A DNA stretch of 64,000 nucleotides from the NCBI RefSeq assembly GCF_964204645.1, contig NC_134031.1, positions 9,920,001-9,984,000 on the forward strand, given 5' to 3'. The notes beneath the pieces were generated by a model, which saw only the letters and a list, made by a program, of their open reading frames with translations, was not told the DNA's origin and searched no databases. This document shows positions 1 to 13,463 of the stretch, piece after piece (position 1 is the first letter of the stretch; every line of letters begins with the position of its first letter). The position numbers and the translations under genes were made by a program. The DNA is from Tubulanus polymorphus. Its lineage: Eukaryota; Animalia; Nemertea.

Positions 1-1263
1 GACTAGAAAAAAAAGAATTGAAATATGATGAATTAACTGAAAAACTTGAACCAATATTAAAAAAATCTGGATACAATATAACTCATAATGGTGTGAATTA
101 TTTAGTAGAAGATTTGAAATATTTAAATGGTGATTATTATTTGCATTTGCAAGATGACTTTTATTTTAAGATATCTTGGAATAAAAGTCTCGATAAAATA
201 ATAACAAAATAAACTTAAATTAAATTAGATCAATCTGGAATTAAGAAAATCAATAATGATGTTATAACAGATGTTACAGAAGAGGAGATAAATAGAAGAA
301 TATTAATCGAAGAAATGATGATTTTTTGAAGATAATTGATGAAAATTTAGAACCAGAAACAATTCCTAAAGAAGTTATTAATTCAAAAACCAGTAAACTT
401 AAATCAACCGAAGTTCAAACTGAAAAACTTTTACAGAATGGATTTTTTGACGCAACAAATCAAGAATTTTAAGATTCAAATTTCTGAAAAAGCAATTAGA
501 GAAATAATAAGTATAAGAAATGAAGCTGATAAAATTGCTAAAATTAAATTGATAAGAAATCATAAAATAAACGATTTAGATGATGAATTATCTAAATCAA
601 GAAAATAATTCGAACAATAAATGTAAGATAGAGATAATAAAGTTATCGAAGAAATTGTATTTAAAAAAAGAAATGCATATTTTAAGAAAGAAATTGATGA
701 TTTAAAAGATAATTTAGAAGTACAGAAAGAAGAAAAAAAATTATTTAAAATATATGGTTATTGTATTATTAGATTAAAAGTTATTTTTAATGATTTATTA
801 ATTAAACCAAATTCTAAAGTATCATCGAAAGATAGAATAAAATTATTATCTAAGTTAGAAGGTATCACAATTCTTTCAATTCTAACAGCTGTAACTGTGT
901 TGTAAATAGCTGTAATTGTTGTAAATATCAGCTGTAAGCTGATATTTACAACAATTGGTTTAGCTATACCAAATTCCTTAAAATCTACACCTAACCCTAA
1001 ACCACCTGATAAACCACCGAATAATAATAATTCTATACAAGATAAAGTTAAGGATGGCTTTAAAAAATTAGTAAAATATTTATGGGAATTATCTAGAAAC
1101 AAACTGCTGCAGCATTTCCCGGAATTATTGCATCAATTGTTGGTTTTGTTTTAAAATCTGCTGGAAACATTATTAGTTTTGCTGCTGAACATATAATCTT
1201 TTTTTTAATAACAGTTGTTAGCGCAATTATTTCTGGATTAGTTAATTTGATAAAAAATAAATA
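1..1263 (+). pseudogene. Polinton coiled-coil/C-terminal hydrophobic protein (homolog of 55293-56809), frameshifted
   Basis: Fragments NSKTSKLKS, DRIKLLSKLEGITILSILTAVT, PKPPDKPP and PGIIASIVGF match the 274-aa ORF at 55493-56317; multiple stops and frameshifts. Confidence 0.8.
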
Positions 1264-1534
1264 AGTAATTTTATTTCTTAATAAATGAGTGGGAGTAATA
1301 TAAATTCTTCTGCGAATTATATAATTTCTAATGCTATTAAAGCAGAAAGATCTCATCATATAATTACTCATAATCCTTCTAATATTAATCCCGATGAAAC
1401 TTTATATGTTAGAATTCCTCGATTAACACAAAATACTTTTTATGTTCCAAATAGTATTTACTTATCAGCTGATATAAAAGTTACTGGTCATGATAATAAT
1501 TATGTCGTAGATAATGTTGGAAGATATTTAATTA

Positions 1535-2340
1535 AACAAGAGGACTTCAAAGTCCTGGGGTTCGAAGAAGCAAAGTCTGATGTAATAAATTATTAATTAC
1601 ATACACATTACATGGTTTTCCGCATTTTGCACGTGGTGAATGATATGCTTTGTAATTATATTAAGGTGTAATAAAGTTATGTTGAATTTGAGTTGTTTAC
1701 ATCTGACGTCTTCGATAAAATGAGGCGCGCAGCTGAGCTTGCCTGTTAAATCAACATATTTGGTTTACACTAAAAATACGCTTACTTGAAAAACTATGTA
1801 GTGTATCAATCTAGAATTTTCGGCACAATATCCGATGCTAAATACCTTACTTTAAAGGTTAATTTGATGTAAATCGGATCGCAAATATTTCTAATATTTT
1901 GTTCTTAACTTATGAAGTGGAAGCCGGTGTCGGCATCAACGCTGTACGTACGGGTACTGGTGCTTTAACAGGATCAGCATTGATGGTATATTTATGCGCT
2001 AGTAGATGGTAATGATTTGTTTTAACCAACCGCTATATCGGCGTGCATTACGCATGATTTTAGAAAATGATATTATTCAGAGTATTTGAATATATCTATC
2101 ATGATAACTATAATATTCTTAAGACAAGTGAATACGTATGTGGACCTATTTCATTGAGGCGTATCACTCAATCTGAAAAAAAAATCTTTCGATCCTGTCA
2201 CGTGACTTCATGACTGCAACTCTACGGTAGCTTAGGTTCTTTTCATTAGATGATTATAATTTATTTACGCATTATAAAGATTTATGGTTAACAAAAGAAA
2301 ATAGAAATAATATGATATTTCAAGGCATCCAATCAGAAAA
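1535..2340 (-). mobile_element. Non-autonomous Helentron-type (HINE-like) element remnant, 3' end at 1535
   Basis: Minus-strand end reads AGGACTTTGAAGTCCT hairpin + CTTGTT, the same terminal style as 20027, 40666 and 40845. The 5' boundary is uncertain. Confidence 0.55.
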
Positions 2341-2348
2341 CCAAAATA

Positions 2349-3688
2349 AAATATAGCTGCAAGCAGCGATAACGGGTTTCTGCCTTTCTGGATAGAATGT
2401 CGTTCAGGGATGCGAGCAAAGATTTCACCCGAAATCAGTTCGTTACATTCCGTTTTTTGAAAGAGTGCCACCTAGGGGTCAACTCACAACATGGATATGT
2501 TGACCCACATGTGCTACTACGCGCAAAGTACTAATGCGCCAGGTTTTGGGGGGAATAACATCGAGTAGAACGAAGCTGCGGTGTTTTTACCATTCGCTAG
2601 TGACAGTTTAAGCGCATATTCGGCTATTATTGGTTCCGAAAAAAGTCGACTAGATAAGAAAACCGAATTTGGCCGAAAGCACAAATTTGGTCTATAGGGT
2701 AAACTATGCAGGAGGGAAGGCCTTATAGTGTTACTATTAGTAGAGGAGTGACAAGTCAGTCTGACAAGTCAAGCGATCAGATGGGGACTACAATTCACAT
2801 ATGAAATTGACGTCCAATAACCATTATAAAAACATAATCACGAACGGTACCATCACTCCCCATTACTGACTGTCTGTCCGTGACCTCTGGCTTGCAATCA
2901 TTCTTTATCGGTGCAGTGGGTAGGTATTTTCAACTGACTTTGTTCTTCTATAACATCGCCGCTGCGTCACGATGTGATCTACATGTACAAGGGACCTCCA
3001 ATTTGTAATGTATGTGATGTATAAACTGACTTTAGACCGTTTAATATCGACGATAACAAGGTATCACCGACGCTGACATTTTCTGACGCTAACTAGTATG
3101 ACCCGCCATTTGGACCGGACCAATTCAATTCAATTAAGAAAACGCGTACCGGTACAATAAATAAATAAACTGCTGTTGATTTTTCGAAGTATTGATATCC
3201 ACGAACAAAACTATACTATTATGTTTAAAAGGAACTGTTTTCAATAACAGTATGAATAAACTTACTTCACAAACAAGGAAGTATATTTTTAACTTGTGAA
3301 TGGTCGAACCCCAGTTATTCACAGTAACCTGTGATTTGGATATTCTCGGAGCCTTCCTTCTTTATTTATTGATGAAATGACGTCACAAACTTTCAGATTC
3401 GCGCCAGTGAGCGCGCCAACGCGCGCCATGATTGATGATTGCTATTTCCACCGCTGTTATCTTTAAGTAACTTCAAGTTAAAAATAGGAAGCACAGTACA
3501 TCCATAGAAACTACGCGCAGCAAGAGACTGTTATATTATTATCAGAGTTTAACATTTCGTTTAAAAGTTGTTAGTAGTCAAATCTAATAGAAGATGATTT
3601 TTATGTGACGAAACTCAGTGGAAAATATGTTAAAATAATAATCAGCAGGAATCCAATAGGGTTTCTGCCGAGGCAGCAGAAACCCTAA
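2349..3688 (-). mobile_element. HINE-like element family A, copy 1
   Basis: 5' hairpin AGGGTTTCTGCTGCCTCGGCAGAAACCCT; 3' subTIR GCAGAAACCC followed by GCTGCTTGCAGC hairpin + TATATTT; no TSD. Near-identical inverted copy at 32402-33749. Confidence 0.8.
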
Positions 3689-4585
3689 CTAAGATCTGAA
3701 GCTAATAATGCAGTAGTAACTAATGACGTAGATAATTTGATAAAAAAGATTTATGGAAGCAAATATAAAATTCCATTAGACTTTGAATTGATAAATAATA
3801 GTGCACCGTTATATAAATATGCTATACAAGAAGGAATGAAAGTGTGCTAACGAGCGTTATTAAAGATATGGGTTATAAATTGTCGAATATATGTTTAGAA
3901 AATGACACAGTAACTGATGAAAATATTGCTAACACAATTCAAACTCAATATAATCAAGGATTTTCATTATTATATGATAATATTGATAAATTTAAAACTG
4001 TAAATATTAATGCAAATGATGAAATAATTGATGAGAATATTAACTTCCCAAGAGGATCTATCAAAGGTATATTAATATTTTTTACCATTGCAACATATTC
4101 TAATGGTGCAATAAAAGTTGATAATTATTATAATCCTGAAATATCAAAAGCAGAAATAACTATCGAATGTATAGCAAATAAAATATTTTGTCAGGGAATG
4201 AAAATGATAGAAGATCAATGGGTTGAAATTAAAAAACATTTTATGAATGAAAAAATAAAATCATCTGAAGATTGTAATATTAATCAAATGGATTATTATA
4301 CCGGCAATAAATATGCACTATGGTTAGATTTTAGAACAACTGAAGATAACGTATTACATGGTTCCGGGAAAAAAATTACAAAATACAAAAGATGGAATAC
4401 AATTATTCGTGAAAAAGAAAAAAGGAGGTTTTAATTATAAAATGCATATCTATACTTTATCTGACGCGCAATTAAATATTATGAATTCTCAATTAGATAA
4501 GAATATAAAGTTAAAATTAACGATATATATAAAAAAAACTCCCAATACTAAAGAACAATATTTAAGAAATTAATATTATAATCCT

Positions 4586-5088
4586 CTGAAAACTATTTTG
4601 ATAATATAGTATTATTTTGCCCAACGTATGAATTTATTCAAACTTATGATAGAAATATTACTAGAAATAATAAATTTATTGTATTAGATCCTAAAACAGT
4701 TAAAGAAAATTTAGATAATTGTATTAAAATAGCAATTGATATTTATAAAGGAAAAAATTCATATTTATTATAGATGATTGTGCAAATTTACATGATTCAA
4801 AAATACGAGAAAGTGAATTATGTTATTTAGCTTTTTCTGGTAGAAATTTTGGGATAACCACGTAGGTTATGGATCAAAAATATAATTCAATTGTTAAAGA
4901 TTTTAGAGAAAACATTAGATTTTAGTATTATTCTGCAATAAAGGTAGACAATTAATGAAAAATGCACTTGAGGAAAATGATATTATTCCACATGATTTAC
5001 ATAATGAATATATGGATACATTGAAAAATAATAAAAGATCAAAAGTACTATTCGATTACAACACCCATTCAAATATGAATTTATTTAA
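4586..5088 (+). pseudogene. Packaging ATPase C-terminal remnant, fused by deletion to the first codons of the integrase (4530-4585)
   Basis: LDPKTVKENLDNCIKIAID, IDDCANLHDSK and ELCYLAFSGR match 52079-52690. The preceding KKTPNTKEQYLRN matches the integrase start at 46402. Confidence 0.85.
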
Positions 5089-5296
5089 ATTCAACTAGCT
5101 TGTTAATCTATTATATTTTTAGTTACATTCTAGTTAAATTTTAGTTAATTGTAGTTGAAACAAAAATCAAATAAAATTCAACAAGAAATAAATAAAAATA
5201 ATAATATTTCAACTAGCTTGTTAATCTAGTATATTTTTAGTTACATTCTAGTTGAATTCTAGTTGCAACAACACAACTAATTTTTTTGTTATAAAA

Positions 5297-5830
5297 ATGG
5301 GTGGTGAAAAGAAAATCAAATCTACAAATAATGATGTTCCAATTGAAAAAACTTTGGATGATTTAGGTATAACAGAAACAAAATTAACACCTGATAATGG
5401 TGCTTTGAATGATATAACAACAAATAATAAATATGAATATTATCTTTATTTCAAACATCAATTAGAAATATTAATTGCATCGGGAAAATGTAGAAATTTT
5501 ATCGGTAAAAATGTTACTTATAATGAATTAGATATAATGAAATCAGATCAAATTATTAAATTATTTAAGATTTATGAAACTGCGAGAATAGCTTGAATCA
5601 ATGACGCGATATCAGAAAATGTAGTAAAAGGTTAAGGTAAATTATGTAATTCTTTGTTACCAATTGAAGATGAAAATAGATTACATTCCGATTTAAAAAA
5701 TGATTATTTAGTTATGGCTGAATTAAATAAATGGATTGGAAATTTATTATCTCAATTAGGTGGATTTATGACATTATTATCAACTGGAGTTATAAAATTT
5801 TCAAATATTGAAAGTAAAAAATTTTCTTTA
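5297..5830 (+). pseudogene. Conserved Polinton hypothetical protein (homolog of 49997-50599)
   Basis: IEKTLDDLGI...YEYYLYFKHQLEILIASGK...LKNDYLVMAEL; internal stops. Confidence 0.8.
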
Positions 5831-5834
5831 ATAA

Positions 5835-6202
5835 ATGTTCGAAGTGGAAGAGGTGAAAGGATTAACTGTGAAGAAAAAAACAGAGATCACAGAAACAAAT
5901 TAAAGAGTCTCGCAATTAGGAATTAAATCACAAGAATATAAAAAAGCTAAACAAGAAAAAATAAATAATGCAAATGTTGATAATAATGGTGAAAATATTG
6001 TTATTTTTACTCCTCTAATAATAGAATATTTGATAAATATTTATATTTTACGACTCGATTTGTAATTGGATTCATTTTGATTGGATGTAGTTGGTATAAA
6101 AAATCAAATAAAATTTGTCTTGTTAATCATTCTGAAACTACTACTGTTAAAAATAAAAATACTTCTGAAATTCAAAAATTCACAACAAAAAAAATGGATT
6201 AA
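5835..6202 (+). pseudogene. Small basic single-TM Polinton protein (homolog of 31487-31900 and 50592-50961)
   Basis: RSQKQI...LGIK and FILIGCSWYKK motifs; frameshifted. Confidence 0.7.
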
Positions 6203-6349
6203 TATTTTCGAAAAATAGCAAAAAAAAATTTAATTCATTAAAAAATATTTCTATTTTGTATCAATTAACTATCTTACTACTTTTGTCTATCTATGAGGAG
6301 CAATTAAATTGTCCAGATAAGTCATTTCGGATTCTTGATATTTAATTAA

Positions 6350-6735
6350 TTTTGTTATTTTTATTATTCATTTTTATCAATTTATTTTCTGAATTATTCT
6401 ATTTTTTTATTTATCAACCATTTCTAAATCGTGATGACCGTCTTCATTTATTCCATGATAGATTATTTTAAATCCTTCTCAATCGTTTAATTCCTGTTTA
6501 CTCAATGAAACCCATTTATCAGGTAAAAATACTTTAAATTCTCGCGTTGTACTAACAAAACAGTAACTTAAATTTGCTTATATTTTTTCTCCATATTTAG
6601 TTTTTATCTTTTCTAATTTTGATATTTTATGTTCAATTTCTTTTGTAACATCGAATAACCGTTTTATTTCAAATTGTTTTTTGCTGGTTTTATTCTGTTA
6701 TCTATTGTCGCTAAGAATGCTTTTCAGTCTTCCAT
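6350..6735 (-). pseudogene. Small ORF next to the terminus, possibly OB-fold/SSB-like (homolog of 60435-60788)
   Basis: Manual translation KIKTKYGEKI...FKVFLPDKW...GHHDLE matches TNKYGDKL...TYLPDRF...GHHEID; has stops. Confidence 0.65.
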
Positions 6736-6949
6736 TTATTAGGGAAAAAAATTACTTGTGGTGACGAGTCATGTGTCGTCCTCTCGTCCTCTGGTATGAA
6801 AATGCCATATTCCAATTACTAGTGCATATATGCGAAATATCTTCAAACAGTTTAGCATTGAATACACGTATACTGATCGAGAGATTGAAAGACGAGTATT
6901 AAATAACAATTTTGTTCATTACTAATGAAGTCATACACGTGTAAACACA

Positions 6950-7233
6950 TTGACTAACCCGACTAGAATGTTACGTTCAGCAGATGATCTTTTGCTTACT
7001 CAAGCCCGTTCAGGATTAGCTTCTCTTGGAGATAGAGCCTTCTCAGTCACTGCTCCACGTTTGTGGAACAACCTTCCTCGCCCTGTAAGAGTGGCTTCGA
7101 GTATCTCTGTCTTCAAGAGAAGCCTCAAAACACATTTGTTTTCACCACATTAGATTTATTCAGTAATAAAGTGTCCTTGATCACTTAAGTGGATTCTGGC
7201 ACTTAAAATACCATAATAACAATAATAATATTA

Positions 7234-7267
<34 letters not shown>

Positions 7268-7268
7268 C
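6950..7268 (+). mobile_element. 3' end of an L2/CR1-clade LINE with (AAT)n tail
   Basis: LGDRAFSVTAPRLWNNLP...FKRSLKTHLF is the typical ORF2 C-terminus; followed by AAT/GAT repeats at 7212-7268. Confidence 0.8.
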
Positions 7269-8036
7269 AATTGACTAAACATTATATATTAAAAAAATAT
7301 TAAAATAACATATTAAACGTTAACGTTAAACACCCACAGATTGAAGAGAAAAAATCTCTCATTGCCGTATATAGGACAAAAAATGATACATTATTTTTCA
7401 TTTTCCCCAAGTTAATTTTACACATAGCCGGCCGCCTATGTATGAAATATCTGGCTATAATTTGATTACTAAGTGCAGGTCCAGTGTTGGCACCTGAGGT
7501 AACGAACAATGAAATCATTATGATCGGTACCGGTTTTCTTTAGAATAAGATTCAAATGCGAGTAATTCTTACACTAAGTAACCAAAATGTAAAACGAAGC
7601 AGAAATTGTGGCATGTGCCTAATAAGTAATCCCATTGGCCCATTCGCCCAAAACCCCAGCACAATTTTTACCAATCGTACCAGGAACTCTAATTTCTTGA
7701 TGATTATTATGTCCAAAAGAGCTGTGTAAACTAATTGGTGATTATTGTGTCCAAAAGAGCTGTGTAAACTAATTGGTCTAGAAATTCTGAAGACAATCAT
7801 TACCATTCAGATATTCTGAAGAACTCACGCAGTCTACGCAGTACGTCAATGCACAATCGCGCACCTGTTCATCACAGCTCGCGCAAGTTCATTCTGAATT
7901 CTTCTAAGCAGTCTATACACAAAACAATAGTCTCCGGTTAAACGAACTTAATACGAGCCTGATAAACACAACAATTAGTGCTAGCGACGCAAGTAATATT
8001 TCATCTGACATCATTGTCGTCACTGCAGCCTCCGTC

Positions 8037-8900
8037 ATGGGAACGAAAAAGAAGAAAAGCCAAACCAACTTGAAACGAAATGGTAAAGAAACCTTTAGCC
8101 CAGAGTTTATAAAGTCTAGGACAAATTACCGTATCATGAAACGTAGGTATAAAAGTGCGAGAACCTGCCATAATAAAGTAGAAATGAATAGGGCCTGTAC
8201 ACAATATAAGAAAGTCATCAGAACTGACAAAAAAAGAAAGTACGAAATATTAACAACATACAAATGAAACGTCATCAACCAAAAAGCTATTGGATCTTTT
8301 TTTTAAAAAAAAGAGATAAGCCATCCATGTGTAGTGCCTCATTGGAAGATCTCTTTAGTTTCTATGTTGATCTTAACAAAAATCCTGTAGACGGGGAAAA
8401 TTTGCCTGAAGCTCTGTTTAACGTTAGTGATTTTACTCTAGACGGTGACGACTTACTTGATAGCCACTTTACAGAAGACGAAGTCATTAATGGTATAAAA
8501 AGGTTGAAAAACAACAAAGCGCCAGGAATAGAAAAATTACAAATGAAATTCTTAGGGCATCTCATGCTTTCATATCGCCTACACTGGTCCTATTATTTAA
8601 TAACATTCTAGATACTGGAGATATACCAGACGCGTGGAGTATTGGTACCACCACCCCCTTTTATAAACAGAAAGGTGACGTTACAAACCCTGACAACTAT
8701 AGAGGGATTACCCTACTTAGCTGCATAGGAAAGTTATTTACTAGCCTAATTAATGACCGCCTTACGGCCTACTTAGAAATGAACGATCTTTTGCTGAAGA
8801 ACCAAGCCGGTTTCAGAAAGGGGCACTCGATGCTTGATCATATCCTTTCATTGAAGTCAATAATTGATATATTTCTGAATTGTAATAAAAGGCTCTGTGT
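8037..8900 (+). mobile_element. Non-LTR retrotransposon ORF2 fragment (N-terminal part of the RT), frameshifted
   Basis: LKNNKAPG, NYRGITLLSCIGKLFTSLINDRL and NQAGFRKGHS..DHI motifs. Confidence 0.85.
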
Positions 8901-8996
8901 CTATTGGTCTATTGTAGAGAAAACGGATCCAATTTATATTGATCCAATTTGTCCTTGCCTAGGCCTCATATCATAACCAAATATACGTTGTTAATT

Positions 8997-9112
<116 letters not shown>

Positions 9113-10365
9113 AGTTCAGATTTTTAAAACCTATGAAAACACCGCATTACACACAACATGCTAGCTAACATTCAAACAAAAAGGCAAGGCAAGATTGTTA
9201 AAAGGACCATCGTCAAGCACCATCTTAACTAAAGCTCAAGCACCATCTAAGCTCGACACAGAACTCTCCTTTTAACAACTTATAGGATGTTCGGACTCAC
9301 CGCTAACAACCATATCCCAAGAGAACTCATGGGGTCATATTTGTCCCAGCCACTTTGACCCCTGAAACTGTTCAATACATCGAAAAAATTAAAAAAACAC
9401 TCAGAAAGCCCATACGGACATATATGGCCATACTATGGTGACATCTGGCGACAGATTTAATAACCTTTAAGTTTTTTACAATGAATTAAAAATGGCGGCC
9501 CATGGAAATGAAGGGTGCAATAACGTGTGTACAGATTACAGACTGGGTAAGTGGTGACTGTTGTTAGATTATCTTTAGTACACGTAAGGTCTCGTTATCA
9601 TGATTAATTATGAGGATGGTTCCAGTCAGGTGTGTAATTCAGCGTGAGTCACATACGTCCCTATAGTTCTCTATGTCTTATGCAAAATTTCATAATAAGG
9701 ATTCAAAATACTAGTTACAGGGAACAACTATGGCCTCCTGTAAATGTGTTTACTGTTTATGAATTACTAGATCAGAGATGTATAATATTGACCAAATTTT
9801 TCATTCTTTTACATACAGAGTATGGCCGGACAGTGTCCTCCTTCATTGCGATGTCCACGTTCAAAAAAGATCAGCGATCTGATAAATGTACCTGCTAGCC
9901 AGTGTAGTTACAAGAACGTGAATGCTGTGCTTTGCATAGAATATATTAAACTAAAAAAAAACTGTGACAAAAGTACAAGGATGGACTTTGTATCACACAG
10001 ACACGTTTATGTCGCCATTAGTACCGTTATAATTGAACTTTACAATGCCTAATTTGTAATATGAGGACTGTTAAGATGCTGGATGTGCTTTTTTTGTGAT
10101 ATTACTAAAGTTGGCAAATCTACTATTTTTACAATATTTATGACTTTGACACATACATTGCCATGGGGACGTATGTGACCCATTTTCAAAATGTAGGTCA
10201 GAGTTTCCAAATTTCAAAAATGAAACCGGGATTATATTTTGCTATAGCTGCAATAAAATACATTTTCATAATTTTTGTGTGGTTTCAATTGGTCGTGGGT
10301 TCTCTTGGGATATACACGAGTATTATTAAATTACCGATACCGGTTTACGGATTATCATCTCCCTC

Positions 10366-10790
10366 AGTAATAGGGGTTTAGTTGTTCTATACCAAAGGTC
10401 GAACGGTCGAGCTCATAAAAAATAAAAAAAACATGAAAATAATAACAATTTCTACTTGAATTAGTCGCGAAACTCATGAAAAATGAAAAATAATTCTCAC
10501 ACGCTCGAATTTATTTTTCATTTTTACTCGCTAGAAAAAAGTGTGAGTAAAGTGTGAGTGAAATAATTCATAAATCATTGAATATTTATATTTATATGCG
10601 TTGGATTCATTTTAATAAAAGTTTTGTTATTAAAATGAAGACAGAAGAAGAAGAACCCAACTTTAAAATCGAAATAAAAGAAACCAATAAATCATTTTCA
10701 CAGTTTAACATTAAAAATTATATTTCAGCAACAAATTTAGTGTCCGCAAGGTATTATAAAATCGATAATATAACTATGATTAATCAAATA
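10366..10790 (+). mobile_element. Isolated Polinton-like terminus related to 47507, followed by an AT-rich ORF remnant (ATG ~10635)
   Basis: AGTAATAGGG start. CCAAAGGTCGAACGGTC...ACAATTTCTACTTGAATT...TTCTCACACGCTCGAATTTATTTTTCATTTTT is shared with 47507-47662; AGTAAAGTGTGA.TGAAATAAT is shared with ~47900. Confidence 0.7.
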
Positions 10791-11159
10791 TTATCAAATG
10801 AAACACCGGTACTGAGCTTTACTGTCTCAAACAAACACAGTATAATTGTTGCGTTTATTAACGGACTCATTGGATTGAACTTCAAAACAAAATTTACGAT
10901 ATTTAGGTGGGTTGTTATTCAATAGGCCTACGACCAATCTGTCCGGATGTTAGGCCTACGCATATACATAGGCCTACATAGGCTAGTAGCCTCTACTAGG
11001 TTAAGCGTTCGCTGTGGGGGAAAGAGATCGTTCGCTATGTCGCTTGAAGTTTTACGCGACCTTAAGGCTTTAGTATAGTGGCTGAAAAGGGCTATGCGTA
11101 AAAAGCACTAATATGCAAATCAGGGCGACATTATGACAAAACGACAAAACTAAAATAAC

Positions 11160-12265
11160 GCGACAAAACAATAATTTTAGTTTTGTCGCCCGCGACAATT
11201 CATTATTTTGGTTTTATCGCCTGCGACAATTCATTAATTTGGTTTTGTCACCCGCGACAAATCAATATTTTGGTTTTGTCGCCCACGACAATTCAATATT
11301 TTGGTTTTATCGCCCACGACAATTCATTATTTTGGTTTTATCGCACGCGACAATTCAATATTTTGGTTTTATCGCTCGCGACAATTCATTTTTTTGGTTT
11401 TGTCGCCCGCGACATTTCAATATTTTGGTTTTATCGCCAGCGACAATTCAATATTTTGGTTTTATCGCCTGCGACAATTCAATATTTTGGTTTTATCGCC
11501 AGCGACAATTCATTATTTTGGTTTTATCGCCCGCGAAAATTCATTTTTTTTGGTTTTGTCGCCCGCGACAATTCAATATTTTGGTTTTATCGCCAGCGAC
11601 AATTCATTATTTTGGTTTTATCGCCCGCGACAATTCATTTTTTTGGTTTTATCGCCCGCGACAATTTTTTTTTTGTCGCACGCGACAATTCAATATTTTG
11701 GTTTTATCGCCTGCGACAATTCAATATTTTGGTTTTATCGCCAGCGACAATTCATTATTTTGGTTTTATCGCCCGCGACAATTCAATATTTTGGTTTATC
11801 GCCTGCGACAATTCAATATTTTGGTTTTATCGCCAGGGACAATTCATTATTTTGGTTTTATCGCCCGTGCCAATTCATTATTTTGGTTTTATCGCCCGCG
11901 ACAATTCATTAGTTTGGTTTTGTCGCACGCAACAATTCAATATTTTGGTTTTGTCGCCTGCGACAATTCAATATTTTGGTTTTATTCGCCAGCGACATTT
12001 CATTTTTTTTGTTTTATTGCCCGCGACAATTCATTATTTTGGTTTTATCACCCGCGACAATTCATCAGTTTGGTTTTGTCGCACGCGACAATTCATGATT
12101 TTGGTTTTATCGCCCGCGACACTTCATTTTTTGGTTTTGTCGCCCGCGACAATTCAATATTTTGGTTTTATCGCCAGCGAAAATTGATTATTTTCATTTT
12201 ATCGCCCGCGACAATTGATTATTTTGGTTTTATCGCCCGCGACAATGCATTTTTTGGTTTTCGTT
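11160..12265. repeat. Minisatellite, 31-bp unit (TCGCCCGCGACAATTCA(A/T)TATTTTGGTTTTA), about 35 copies
   Basis: Direct tandem array with no unique spacers. Confidence 0.97.
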
Positions 12266-13198
12266 CCCCACTTTATTAGCTTTTGAATAATTAGGCCAAT
12301 TAATAGCGTAATAAGGACTTATGCTTTCGCCTATTTTGAAGTCGATTAATCTGATATAGTGTCGAATATTAAGGTCATTTTGGCAGATTCTTTTTTTTTA
12401 AAAGTGATATTAAAGCGATCATTCAAGTGATCCTACTTAATGAAAGATCACATATTATTTCTTTTTCTTAAGATGTGTTGGTTACAAAACTCATCTATAC
12501 GTCCCGTGCATTGGCGACATCCTCTAATAAGAGGAACCTCTTTACTTCATGGAGTGATCGAATTCCAATCTCCGGAACATGTGTATCCGAATTTGGAAGT
12601 TTCGCATCACAAATAAGCGATATTTTATATAACTGTTAAGAGCGCTTCTCATCGCTTAGTATTCTTACGGCTAGGTGGTCTAGATTTTTTAGCAACTGAA
12701 GTATCAACTTTTTGCCTGCGATTAAGGGATGTCCATTATATAAATTACAAAACGCGGGATATCGGTAATGGGGCAATTTGTGTAATGTTGAAACTATCCA
12801 CAAATCAATGCAATGCGCATGCGCGAATGCGTTGGACTTAGAAAATTCTAAGAGAATTCCACGATATATGGACACGTCGACATGATTATGTCGATATATC
12901 TTGACGTTATCACGACAAATTTCGCTTTTCGCCAATTTTCCACGGGACAAGCCGTCATTTGAAGACACGTCTAAATGTAAGACGAGGACGCCAGTAATAT
13001 GACGAGGGTTTCAAGTCGTCATGAATATGTCGACTTGTTGCGAAGAAAGTGGTCGAGAAAACGAAATATGTCTTCAAAACGTCACGATATGTCGACATAT
13101 TCATGTCGACTTGACGCGATATATCGCGATATATCGACATAAATATGACGACTTGTCGAGCTGGAACGCGACATCTCGAGGCCCCTTATCGCTTCCGT

Positions 13199-13443
13199 AA
13201 ATATCTTCCAACATTATCGACAACATAATTATTATCATGGCCCGTTACTTTTATATCAGCTGATAAATGAATACTATTTGGAACATAAAAAGTATTTTAT
13301 GTTAAACGAGGAATTCTAACATATAACGTTTCATCAGGATTAATATTAGAAGGATTATGAGTAATGATATGATGAGATATTTCTGCTTTAATAGCATTTG
13401 ATATTCTAAAATTCTTAGAAGGATGAATATAACTACCACTCAT
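13199..13443 (-). pseudogene. MCP N-terminal fragment
   Basis: Reverse complement of the 1285-1530 region (THNPSNINPDETLYVRIP...DNVGRY). Confidence 0.85.
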
Positions 13444-13463
13444 TTATTAAGAAATAAAATTAC

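Larger units (their letters stand above)
1285..4500 (+). pseudogene. Polinton major capsid protein (double jelly-roll/hexon-like), interrupted by Helentron-type insertions at 1535-3688
   Basis: N-term THNPSNINPDETLYVRIP...DNVGRYLIK (1285-1535). Resumes ~3689 with YGSKYKIPLDF...YYNPEI...YALWLDFRTTEDNVLHGSG. Colinear with 54015-55272. Confidence 0.8.
1..6820 (+). mobile_element. Decayed Polinton/Maverick segment 1 (lineage A): coiled-coil/membrane gene, MCP, deleted integrase/ATPase, two conserved ORFs, OB-fold-like ORF, right terminus
   Basis: Gene remnants align by eye with ORFs of the 47507-64000 copy. It ends in ...TATTCCAATTACT (6820), the same terminus seen at ~25636, 30972 (inverted) and 36683. 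AG-starting termini are typical of Polintons. Confidence 0.9.

Noticed and set aside
758-1371. Minus-strand ORFs 758-1102 and 1093-1371, and similar shadows (13534-14211, 31659-31934, 40832-41242, 54288-54554, 55237-55754, 58277-58483)
   Set aside because: Antisense shadows of Polinton genes; they recur only because the sense gene is repeated.
11160-12265. CRISPR array, or real proteins from the 334/346/203-aa ORFs
   Set aside because: Head-to-tail repeats without unique spacers, no cas genes, eukaryotic context; the ORFs are artefacts of a stop-free unit.
12860-13190. GTCGAC/ATATCG-rich foldback region as a structured RNA
   Set aside because: It looks like the subterminal part of a DNA transposon abutting segment 3; I could not define both ends or any RNA family.
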